From positions 1-62,152 of IMG/VR virus record IMGVR_UViG_3300035684_000004: DNA of 62,152 nt; one strand, written 5' to 3'. This DNA is from a virus. Below the pieces are notes generated by a model. It was not told the DNA's origin and searched no databases. It saw nothing but the letters and a program-made list of their open reading frames with translations. This document shows, piece after piece, positions 43,181-50,390 of the stretch; the stretch's first letter is position 1, and every line of letters begins with the position of its first letter. A program made the translations under genes and the position numbers.

Positions 43181-45700
43181 TCACGCGGTCAGCGCCTCCA
43201 CGTCACGCAGCGCAGCGTCGTCGCGCGCCTCGTCGAGCTCGTCGCCGTCCTCGTCGGCGGGGTCGTAGTCGTCCGGGATGACGAGCGGCTCGTCGAGGAC
43301 GTGCTCGCTGATCGCCCACTCGCCGCGGGCGAGCTGCCGCGCGGTCGCTGGCCGGCCCGGGCGGGTCTTCGTGTGCGCCTCGAGCCGCGGGTACAGCGCC
43401 GGGCGGACGTCCTCGCCGGGGAAGTCGAGCCACAGCGCGACGAGCGTCTCCGTGCTGACCCGCACCCACCGGGTCCCGTCGGGGCCGGCCTGCACCTCGC
43501 CGGGCGGCACGCGCTCGCCGTCCGAGAGCTTGACGTGCTGGGCCGGGTCCGTTTCGGTGAACAGCCGGCGCACCATCGCCTGGAAGTTCGCGGCGCGCTG
43601 CTGCGGGGACGGCCGCGGGCCGGACGCCGGCAGGGACCAGTCGACGGCCGGGTCGTCGTCGCCGTCCTGCGGGCCGTCGACCTGCGCGACGAACCGCTCG
43701 ACGGGGATCCGCGGGTCGGGCGTCTCGTCGGGGTCCGGGCCGAGCTCGTGGGTCACCTCGGCGTCGATCTCGTCGTCCAGCAGGTCGCTCTCGAGCGCGA
43801 CCTGCTGGCGCATGTGCTCGCTCATCGTGTCGTCGTCCTCCTCCAGCTCGGCGAGCGCCAGGTCAGGCGCCGCCTCGGTCTCTTCGTCGGGGTGCACGGG
43901 CTCCTCCTGCTGCGCCGGCGGCCCGGCCGGGGTCGGCGGTGTCGGGGTCGGCGGGGTTGGCTTCGGGGCCTGCTCGATCCACTTCCTGACGGCCGGGTCG
44001 CGCAGCTGCGGCACCTTGCCGTACTTCGACGACAGCCACGTCCCGACGGTGACGACGTCGCGGCGGGCGTACGACGCGCGGCGCGTCGCGGCGCCCGCGA
44101 ACACCTCGGCGGTGGCCTGGTCGAGCTCGTGCCACTCCGGGTGCTTGACCATCCACTCGGCGACCGTGGCGGCGAGCAGCAGCCGGTCGGGGCGCTCGGT
44201 GCGGCGCTTCATCGGCCACCGGTTCTTCTTCTCACCCGCGAGCTCGGCGTAGTGCAGGCCCGGCTGCTCCATCGGGTCGAAGGTCCACGGCTCGGCGCCG
44301 GCGTCGAGGGTGTCCTCGGACAGCGCCATCCGGGCGTCCTCAGGCTTGTCGCACGCGAACGCCATCGACTCAGGAACGAGGTTCCGGAAGTCGGTCGACA
44401 CGTTCTCCTCCGACGGCCGCTGCAGCTCGGTGACGACCTTGAAGCCGGCGGAGCGCCACACCTCGACGCCCCGGGCCCACTCCTCCTCGAACGGGCCCAT
44501 CAGCGGCGCGGCCTCCGCGAACCAAGCCAGGACGAACGGGATCCCGAACTCGGTCCAGCACCGCGGCGTCCACCGGTCCTCGCCGGTGAGGTCGGTGATG
44601 AGCTGCGTCCGCACCGGCACCGCGGCGGCCAGCGCACGGAGCTGCGCCTCGGCTCCCTCCGGCGTGGACTCGAACCAGTGCAGGAACGGCCGGACGAACG
44701 GCACCCACTGCCCGGCCTTGCGGGTGTCGGACGCGATGACAACGATGCCCTGCCGGGCGACGAGCTCGCCGAGCAGGTTCACCTGGAACGCGGTCTTCGC
44801 CGCGCCGCTCTTCCCGGACGAGATCAGCGACGGGGAGCCGACGAAGTCGTCGGTCGGGGTCATCGACCAGCGCGACTCCTTGCGGTCCGCGGTCCACCCG
44901 ACCCGGATCGGCTCCCACACGCCGGCGCCCGCCCGGACCGGGCCCTTCCAGTCGGGCACGTTGTCGAGGTACGCGCTGCGCGAGATGACGAGCTTGGTGC
45001 GGTGCGCGAGCGTCCGGCCGGCCTCGAGCACGGGGTCGATCCGCACGGACCCGGACGGCAGCTTCGCCTTGGCCTCGATCCGCTGCTTCGCGCGGACCAG
45101 GTCCTCGCGGGTGTTCTCGGTGTGCTCGACGAGCACGTGCCGCTCGCCGTTCTTGTCCTCGGCCTTCACCGGGCGGGTGCTGTCGGCGAGGCCGACGGCG
45201 CGCTGCCAGGCGCCGTCCTCGTCGCCGTGGTGGTCCGTGCCGTCGCCGCGGTGCACGGGGTACTGCACGACGACGTGCCACAGCGCGATCAGGCACCCGG
45301 TCGGCAACACGAGCACGATGTGCCAGAACGGCACCGCTCCGATCAGGGTGGTGACCGACCAGACGGCAGCGAGCCACCCGATGGACAGGGCGAGCCGGCG
45401 CCGGTTCCACGGGTTCCGGGACTGCGAGGACCTCCACAGCGCCACGGTGAGCGCGGCGCCGCACGCGCCGAGCATGAACGTCAGGTGCGGGACGTAGTCG
45501 AAGCGGACGGCGAGCGCGTGCCAGCCGAGGCCGAGCAGCGGGACGACGAGCACGAACACCACGAACGGCAGGACCGCGGTGTCCCAGCCGCCCTTAACGA
45601 CGTCGAACAGGCCGCCCTGCCCGCGCCGCCACTGCTGCGGCGCGGGCTGCGCGGTCGGCTTCGGCTTCGCGGTCGTGCGCGGCCGGGTCCTGCTCGCCAC
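43181..45700 (-). CDS. Membrane-anchored FtsK/SpoIIIE/TraB-like ATPase candidate
   Basis: 839 aa. About four N-terminal TM helices. P-loop-like LISSGKSGAAKT, and a Walker-B-like FVLAWFAEAA. The C-terminus is acidic with an RPATARQLARGEW helix. GGAGG precedes GTG 45700. Confidence 0.6.
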   Translation of the reverse strand: MASRTRPRTTAKPKPTAQPAPQQWRRGQGGLFDVVKGGWDTAVLPFVVFVLVVPLLGLGWHALAVRFDYVPHLTFMLGACGAALTVALWRSSQSRNPWNRRRLALSIGWLAAVWSVTTLIGAVPFWHIVLVLPTGCLIALWHVVVQYPVHRGDGTDHHGDEDGAWQRAVGLADSTRPVKAEDKNGERHVLVEHTENTREDLVRAKQRIEAKAKLPSGSVRIDPVLEAGRTLAHRTKLVISRSAYLDNVPDWKGPVRAGAGVWEPIRVGWTADRKESRWSMTPTDDFVGSPSLISSGKSGAAKTAFQVNLLGELVARQGIVVIASDTRKAGQWVPFVRPFLHWFESTPEGAEAQLRALAAAVPVRTQLITDLTGEDRWTPRCWTEFGIPFVLAWFAEAAPLMGPFEEEWARGVEVWRSAGFKVVTELQRPSEENVSTDFRNLVPESMAFACDKPEDARMALSEDTLDAGAEPWTFDPMEQPGLHYAELAGEKKNRWPMKRRTERPDRLLLAATVAEWMVKHPEWHELDQATAEVFAGAATRRASYARRDVVTVGTWLSSKYGKVPQLRDPAVRKWIEQAPKPTPPTPTPPTPAGPPAQQEEPVHPDEETEAAPDLALAELEEDDDTMSEHMRQQVALESDLLDDEIDAEVTHELGPDPDETPDPRIPVERFVAQVDGPQDGDDDPAVDWSLPASGPRPSPQQRAANFQAMVRRLFTETDPAQHVKLSDGERVPPGEVQAGPDGTRWVRVSTETLVALWLDFPGEDVRPALYPRLEAHTKTRPGRPATARQLARGEWAISEHVLDEPLVIPDDYDPADEDGDELDEARDDAALRDVEALTA

Positions 45701-45872
45701 CTTGCCTCCGTTCAGCGTGCCAGCGCTGTCCTAGTCGGTGGGACGCACGTCTATGTCACGTCGTGCCGTCCCGCGGCACAAGAGTGGGGCATGATCTGCC
45801 GTAGCGCAACCACTTGTCAGACACGCGGGCGCGTTTCCGCAGGTCACGAGCGGGCGGGTGCTGACAAACGAC

Positions 45873-45906
45873 AGTGCCCCCCACCCCGGGTGGGGTGGGG
45901 GGCACT
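45873..45906 (-). terminator. Perfect 15-bp hairpin terminator
   Basis: AGTGCCCCCCACCCC-gggt-GGGGTGGGGGGCACT, followed on the minus strand by GTCGTTTG. Confidence 0.8.
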
Positions 45907-45989
45907 GGATCGCGCGGGGTGATGGCCGCCACCCGGCGATCACCGCCGCGCTGGCAAGGCGAGGACGAACTAGCCAGCGTGGCGGAGTC

Positions 45990-46589
45990 CTACTCGGTGG
46001 ACGAGAAGTCCACCGCCACGACCGGGCCGGACGCCGCGCGCTTCCTCGGCCTCCGCGTCGTCGTCTCGCCACCGGTCGCCGGCCGCTCGCCGTCCGGGCC
46101 CGGCTCGCCCGGGTCGCGGGTGCCGGTGCCGTCGAGGTCCAGGGGCTGCTCCCCGAGCCGCACGTCCCGCAGCTGGTGCATCAGCCCGACGACCGTCTCC
46201 GTCGGCTTCCCGGGCAGGGCCTCGTGCATGAGGTCGAGGAGCTTCTGCCCCTCGGCGTTCTCGCCGACGACGTCGTTCAGCTCGCTCAACAGCCCGCGCA
46301 GCTTCTCGGCGAGATCGATCGTGTCGCGGTCCAGGACCGGCTCGACCGCGACGAACCGCAGCTCGATGCTCGGCGCCTTCTCGATCCCCGGCCGGCCGAT
46401 GTGCCCCACCCGGCCCTCGAGCACGCCGACCACCGGGAACCGCAGCGACTCCCCCGTCTGGTCGTTCTCCCGCAGCGCCGTCATGAACGCCTCGTACATC
46501 GGCTTCGCCATCAGGTCCAGGCCGCTGGCCTCCCGGGACGGCTGGTACCTCGACAGGCTCACCGTCGGCTCGTTGCTCTTCTCCGCCAC
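45990..46589 (-). CDS. Hypothetical protein (199 aa)
   Basis: GTG 46589 is preceded by AAGGAGGA. Confidence 0.7.
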   Translation of the reverse strand: MAEKSNEPTVSLSRYQPSREASGLDLMAKPMYEAFMTALRENDQTGESLRFPVVGVLEGRVGHIGRPGIEKAPSIELRFVAVEPVLDRDTIDLAEKLRGLLSELNDVVGENAEGQKLLDLMHEALPGKPTETVVGLMHQLRDVRLGEQPLDLDGTGTRDPGEPGPDGERPATGGETTTRRPRKRAASGPVVAVDFSSTE

Positions 46590-46602
46590 GTCATCCTCCT
46601 TG

Positions 46603-47070
46603 TCAGCCTCGCCGCGACCTGCGGCGAGGGAACAGCGACTCCATGCTCATCAGCCCGGGGCGCGGCGCCGGGTCCCCGCCGACGTCGAGGTCCAGGGCTG
46701 CCTGGCCCGCTGTCGGGCCGGACTTGGGGCGCGGCCGCGGCTTCCGCTCGCGGTGCGGGGGGTTCTTGCACGTCGCCCAGTGCGGGATCCCGGGCCGTTC
46801 CTCCGCGCGGAGCGGCTCGGCCTCCGACAGCACGCGGGCGATCCAGGAGCCGTGCTGGTCCTTCTTCACGCCCAGGTTCGGCACCGGCTTCCCGGGCTCG
46901 GCCAGCAGGCGGCCGCCCTCGGTGAGGAGCGGCGGGAGCGGCCAGTCGACCATCATGGGCCGGCCACCGACCATCTTGCCGGTGCGCTCGTCGAGCTGCC
47001 GGGCGGTCCGCATCCACATCGTGGTGCCGTCGCAGCCGGGCTGCGAGCAGACCGTCGACCGCTCAGCCAC
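46603..47070 (-). CDS. Hypothetical protein (155 aa) with N-terminal CxxxC
   Basis: GTG 47070 lies 2 nt after the upstream stop. The RBS is weak. Confidence 0.5.
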   Translation of the reverse strand: MAERSTVCSQPGCDGTTMWMRTARQLDERTGKMVGGRPMMVDWPLPPLLTEGGRLLAEPGKPVPNLGVKKDQHGSWIARVLSEAEPLRAEERPGIPHWATCKNPPHRERKPRPRPKSGPTAGQAALDLDVGGDPAPRPGLMSMESLFPRRRSRRG

Positions 47071-47072
47071 GG

Positions 47073-47300
47073 TCAGAGCTCAACCGTCTCGTCGTTGCAC
47101 AGCGGGCAGGTGTCGTCGTCGTGCCCCCGGGGCGGGATCTGCCACACCACCAGCCAGACGATGAGACCTGCCAGGCCGAGGACCCGGAGCAGGGTGGCCA
47201 GGCCGTCGTTCGGGGTGTCGAACGCGAGGCCCATGCCGGTCAGCAGGCTCGCGGCCGAGGCGATCAGGACGACGCGCATGGCGATCAGGTTGTGGAACAT
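47073..47300 (-). CDS. Small two-helix membrane protein (75 aa)
   Basis: ATG 47300 with CAGCGGAGGG upstream. Has two hydrophobic helices and a C-terminal CPLC. Confidence 0.7.
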   Translation of the reverse strand: MFHNLIAMRVVLIASAASLLTGMGLAFDTPNDGLATLLRVLGLAGLIVWLVVWQIPPRGHDDDTCPLCNDETVEL

Positions 47301-47342
47301 CGGGCTGCCCTCCGCTGGCAGTCGGGTGATTCAGTGGTACTG

Positions 47343-47385
47343 ATACTAGTACACGGTCTGGGGTCGTGTACAGGCGAACGGCACA
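47343..47385 (-). promoter_or_regulatory. Promoter P2: TGTGCC-N7-TGTACA(-35), 18-nt spacer, -10 TAGTAT, then GTACCACTGAA
   Basis: Minus-strand reading cCTGTGCCgttcgccTGTACAcgaccccagaccgtgtacTAGTATcaGTACCACTGAAtc. Confidence 0.65.
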
Positions 47386-47389
47386 GGTG

Positions 47390-48292
47390 TCAGGCGCCGC
47401 CCAGGTAGTCCGCACACGCCAGCTCGACCGCCCGCCACAGCGGCATCTCCCGGTCGCCGGCGTCCCGCCGGACCTTCTTCGCCGCCCGGACGATGACCGC
47501 AGCGGCGTCCGGCGGCACCGCCCGCGTCCCGAGCATGGACTCCACCGGCACGTGCTCCTTCCGGCGCGGCTCGCCGTCGCCGTCGAGCCAGCCGGCCTGC
47601 GTCGCTTCGAGGTTCGCCTCGAACACGTCGAGGATCAGGCCCAGCGCCGTGGCGACGTTCCCGACCTTCCACGCGGCGTGCGCCGTCTCGAGCGCGTCCA
47701 GCGTCGGGTCGTACTGCGCGAGCGCGGCGACCCACCGGCCCGCGACCGTGCCGGCGAGCTTCCGGGCGTCGTCCAAGGCCTGCTGCGCCCGCTCGAGCTC
47801 GGCGGGCAGGAACACCAGCGTCACCGTCTGGAAGTCCAGGTTCGCCTCGGACAGGCCCTGCACGTCAACCTTCGTCAGCAGGTCGAGGGTCTTGTCGTCG
47901 AGGCCCGCGTACGCCCGCCAGTCGACGTCGTCGAGCTGCTCGTACAGCGCCTTGAGCGTGGCCGGGTCGTCCTCGCCCTCGATCGCGTTGTGCGACAGCT
48001 GCCGGGCGATGATCTGCTGCTTGGACTGCTCATCGCGGACGACGAGCACGTGGTCCTCATGGTCGCGGCCGAGCGCCGTCATCGCGGCCTCGATCCGGTG
48101 GTGCCCGGACACGATGTCCCCGGGCACGGCCGGGTCAGGCTCGTAGATCAGGGGGAGGGACGTGAGCCGGCCGTCGGCGCGGATGTTCGCGACCAGCCGG
48201 TCGAACGTCTCCTTCCGCATAAACCGCGCGTTGACCGCCTGCGGGTTGAAGTCGGCGAGGCGCCGCTTCTGGATCTCGACGTTCAGGGTCAT
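47390..48292 (-). CDS. ParB-like nuclease (ParBc/Srx) domain protein
   Basis: 300 aa from ATG 48292 (ATGA overlap). N-terminal LPLIYEPDPAVPGDIVSGHHRIEAA motif. Confidence 0.72.
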   Translation of the reverse strand: MTLNVEIQKRRLADFNPQAVNARFMRKETFDRLVANIRADGRLTSLPLIYEPDPAVPGDIVSGHHRIEAAMTALGRDHEDHVLVVRDEQSKQQIIARQLSHNAIEGEDDPATLKALYEQLDDVDWRAYAGLDDKTLDLLTKVDVQGLSEANLDFQTVTLVFLPAELERAQQALDDARKLAGTVAGRWVAALAQYDPTLDALETAHAAWKVGNVATALGLILDVFEANLEATQAGWLDGDGEPRRKEHVPVESMLGTRAVPPDAAAVIVRAAKKVRRDAGDREMPLWRAVELACADYLGGA

Positions 48293-49680
48293 GCCGGCCA
48301 CCTCTGGTCGCTCGAGTGCTTGTCCATCCACGTGGCGAGCGCGCCGGCGAGGTCCCACGCCCCCAGCGGGCCCTCGTAGTTCAGCATGTAGCGGTGCACG
48401 CCGTCCTTGGCCGTGCCGCCCTCGCCGCCGTCCTCCCGCTTCGCGAGCTTCATGCCGGGGATCCCGCGGCCGTACTTCGCGGACTGCGGGTTGTCGCTGA
48501 ACGCGGTCGTCAGCACGGTCCGGAGCCGGCGGGACAGGGGCCGCTGCAGGAGATGCCGGGCCTCGTCGCTCATGGCGGCCATCACGATCAGCTTCGAGAG
48601 GCGGCGGTACTGCGTCCACGCGACGGGGAAGTCGGACAGCAGGTACGCCTGCGACGGCTCGTACTTCGGGCCGCTGTACGCGAACGCGCCGATCAGCTTC
48701 CCGCCCGCGGAGACGCCGACGGCGAGCAGCGGGCTGCCCGGCAGGATGCTCTTGTTCATGAACTGCGAGCGGAGCGCGGAGAACTCCGGGCCGGTGAGCA
48801 CGTGCAGGCGCAGCGGGCCCTCGAGGTCCTCCCACGGGCCGAGCTTCGGCATCAGCACCGGCGCGGTCTGCTGCCGGGGCTGCACGATCCGGGTGGTCAT
48901 GCCCGCGCTGTACACGTAGATCGAGACGCCCCGGTTCGTCGTCTGCACCACACCCCGGAGGTGCTCGCGCAGCTCCGGGCGCTCAACGTGCAGGCCGAGG
49001 ATCCACGCGGGCCGCTCGACGACCAGGCGGACGAGCTCGTCCTTGCCGTGCTCGTCGAGCGGCGGGTACGTCGGCGCCGGCCAGTCGAAGAACGTGTCGA
49101 TGCCCGCGAACTGCTGCTCGTAGTCGCCGCGGGCCTTCCCGTCGCTGGTGCGCTCGCCGCCGTAGAACGGCGGGAACATCACGACCGGCGCGGCTGGTGG
49201 GGCGACGTCGGCGACGAACTCGCGAACGTCCATCGGGGAGAACGACGCGAGCTGCAGGGTGAGGCCCTCGAGCTTCGCGCGGGTCTTCCCGTGCATGGTG
49301 GGCCACTGCTCGCGGGTCGCGGCGAGCATCCGCTCGTAGTAGCGGCCGGTCTTGCCGATCAGGCCGAGGAACCGGGTGCCGAGCATCAGGGTCGCCATCG
49401 TCCCGGCGCGGCCGTCGAGGTACGGCGCGAGCCAGTCGAGCCGCTCGGCGTGCTCTGGCTTGAGCGTGAACGGGAGCTCGGCGCCGGTGAGGTACCAGCC
49501 GAGCGCGCAGGAGTAGCCGGTGACGTCGTTGCTGTGGAGCCGACACCCGCGGTCGGCGAGCACCCGTTCCAGGGTCATGTTGCCCGAGCACCCGACGTAC
49601 ACGTCGTCGTCGGGGCCCCACTCCGCGGACCGCTCCCAGACCAGCGAGCGCATGTCGCCGGGTATCGAACCGTGGAACAC
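48289..49680 (-). CDS. D12-class adenine-methyltransferase-like protein with degenerate motif IV (FPPF) and an unknown C-terminal domain
   Basis: 463 aa from GTG 49680 (CAGCGGAGGAG 7 nt upstream). YVGCSGNMT resembles motif I. VVMFPPFYGG sits where DPPY is expected. Confidence 0.5.
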   Translation of the reverse strand: MFHGSIPGDMRSLVWERSAEWGPDDDVYVGCSGNMTLERVLADRGCRLHSNDVTGYSCALGWYLTGAELPFTLKPEHAERLDWLAPYLDGRAGTMATLMLGTRFLGLIGKTGRYYERMLAATREQWPTMHGKTRAKLEGLTLQLASFSPMDVREFVADVAPPAAPVVMFPPFYGGERTSDGKARGDYEQQFAGIDTFFDWPAPTYPPLDEHGKDELVRLVVERPAWILGLHVERPELREHLRGVVQTTNRGVSIYVYSAGMTTRIVQPRQQTAPVLMPKLGPWEDLEGPLRLHVLTGPEFSALRSQFMNKSILPGSPLLAVGVSAGGKLIGAFAYSGPKYEPSQAYLLSDFPVAWTQYRRLSKLIVMAAMSDEARHLLQRPLSRRLRTVLTTAFSDNPQSAKYGRGIPGMKLAKREDGGEGGTAKDGVHRYMLNYEGPLGAWDLAGALATWMDKHSSDQRWPA

Positions 49681-49795
49681 GGGGGCCTCCTCCGCTGAGA
49701 CGGCGTCGCCCCCGGGGGCAGTCGGCCAGGAACCTTGCGGAGGAACCGACATGACCACACCCGGGGGCGACAGGGGCCGGTCCCGGGGGACCGAG

Positions 49796-49867
49796 AGCGG
49801 GAGGCAGGGATCGAACCTGCCCCTCCCCCCTGGAAGGGGGGCGCGCCACCTTCGGCGCTTCTCCCGC
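49796..49867 (-). tRNA. tRNA-Gly (anticodon UCC)
   Basis: Hand-folded cloverleaf: GCGGGAG AA GCGC CGAAGGTG GCGC G CCCCC CTTCCAG GGGGG AGGG GCAGG TTCGATC CCTGC CTCCCGC T. All stems are Watson-Crick, U33 and A37 are present, and no CCA is encoded. Confidence 0.9.
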
Positions 49868-49870
49868 GTG

Positions 49871-49904
49871 GTCGCCCACCCGCACGGGGGTTCGGGTGGG
49901 CGAC
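49871..49904 (-). terminator. 12-bp hairpin immediately 5' of the tRNA
   Basis: GTCGCCCACCCG / CGGGTGGGCGAC arms read directly. Confidence 0.5.
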
Positions 49905-49923
49905 TGAACGGCACAGTACCGGA

Positions 49924-50082
49924 TCAGCCCGGCGCTGGCGCCAGATGTGCCTTGCCTGCTTCGATCGCCGCGTTCCGTGTCGCGTACGCCGGCTTGGAGT
50001 CCACCTGGTGCGTGAGGCAGTGCCAGCCGAACAGGCCGTCAGCCTCGAGCAGCCAGGTGTCGACGAGGCACCGTTCGCTCAT
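49924..50082 (-). CDS. Small ORF (52 aa)
   Basis: ATG 50082 overlaps the upstream stop (ATGA). Peptide MSERCLVDTWLLEADGLFGWHCLTHQVDSKPAYATRNAAIEAGKAHLAPAPG. Below the ORF-track cut-off. Confidence 0.5.
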   Translation of the reverse strand: MSERCLVDTWLLEADGLFGWHCLTHQVDSKPAYATRNAAIEAGKAHLAPAPG

Positions 50083-50390
50083 CGCGTTGCTCCCGTCGGT
50101 GCGTCGGCCACGGTCGCGAGGTACTTCCGGGCGGCGTCCATCGCCCGGGCGTGCTCGTCGGCGCTGCTCTCCCGGAGCCTGAGCTGGCGGTGGGCGTCCT
50201 CGTCGTCGTGGTCGCCGTCGGCGTGACCCACCAGGAACGCGGCCGCCTCCTCCGTGTGCCCGCCGAGGTGCAGCACGTCCGCGAGCGCGTCGGCCTCGGT
50301 GCAGGTCATCGCGGTGCCGATCGCGGTGGCGGTCCAGGAGTCGCCCACGACGTCCGCGAGGTACGCGACGGCGCTGGTCAGGTCGCTCAC
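50079..50390 (-). CDS. Hypothetical acidic/His-rich protein (103 aa)
   Basis: GTG 50390 overlaps the ParB stop (GTGA). Confidence 0.6.
   Translation of the reverse strand: MSDLTSAVAYLADVVGDSWTATAIGTAMTCTEADALADVLHLGGHTEEAAAFLVGHADGDHDDEDAHRQLRLRESSADEHARAMDAARKYLATVADAPTGATR

Noticed and set aside
41099-45922. 1607-aa plus-strand ORF. Similar giant plus-strand ORFs lie at 12728..16180, 7622..9868, 3815..5476 and 21687..23696.
   Set aside because: Their translations are Arg/Pro/Gly/Ala low-complexity strings. They run antisense to minus-strand ORFs that carry clear family motifs and RBSs. Long stop-free shadow frames are expected in very GC-rich DNA.
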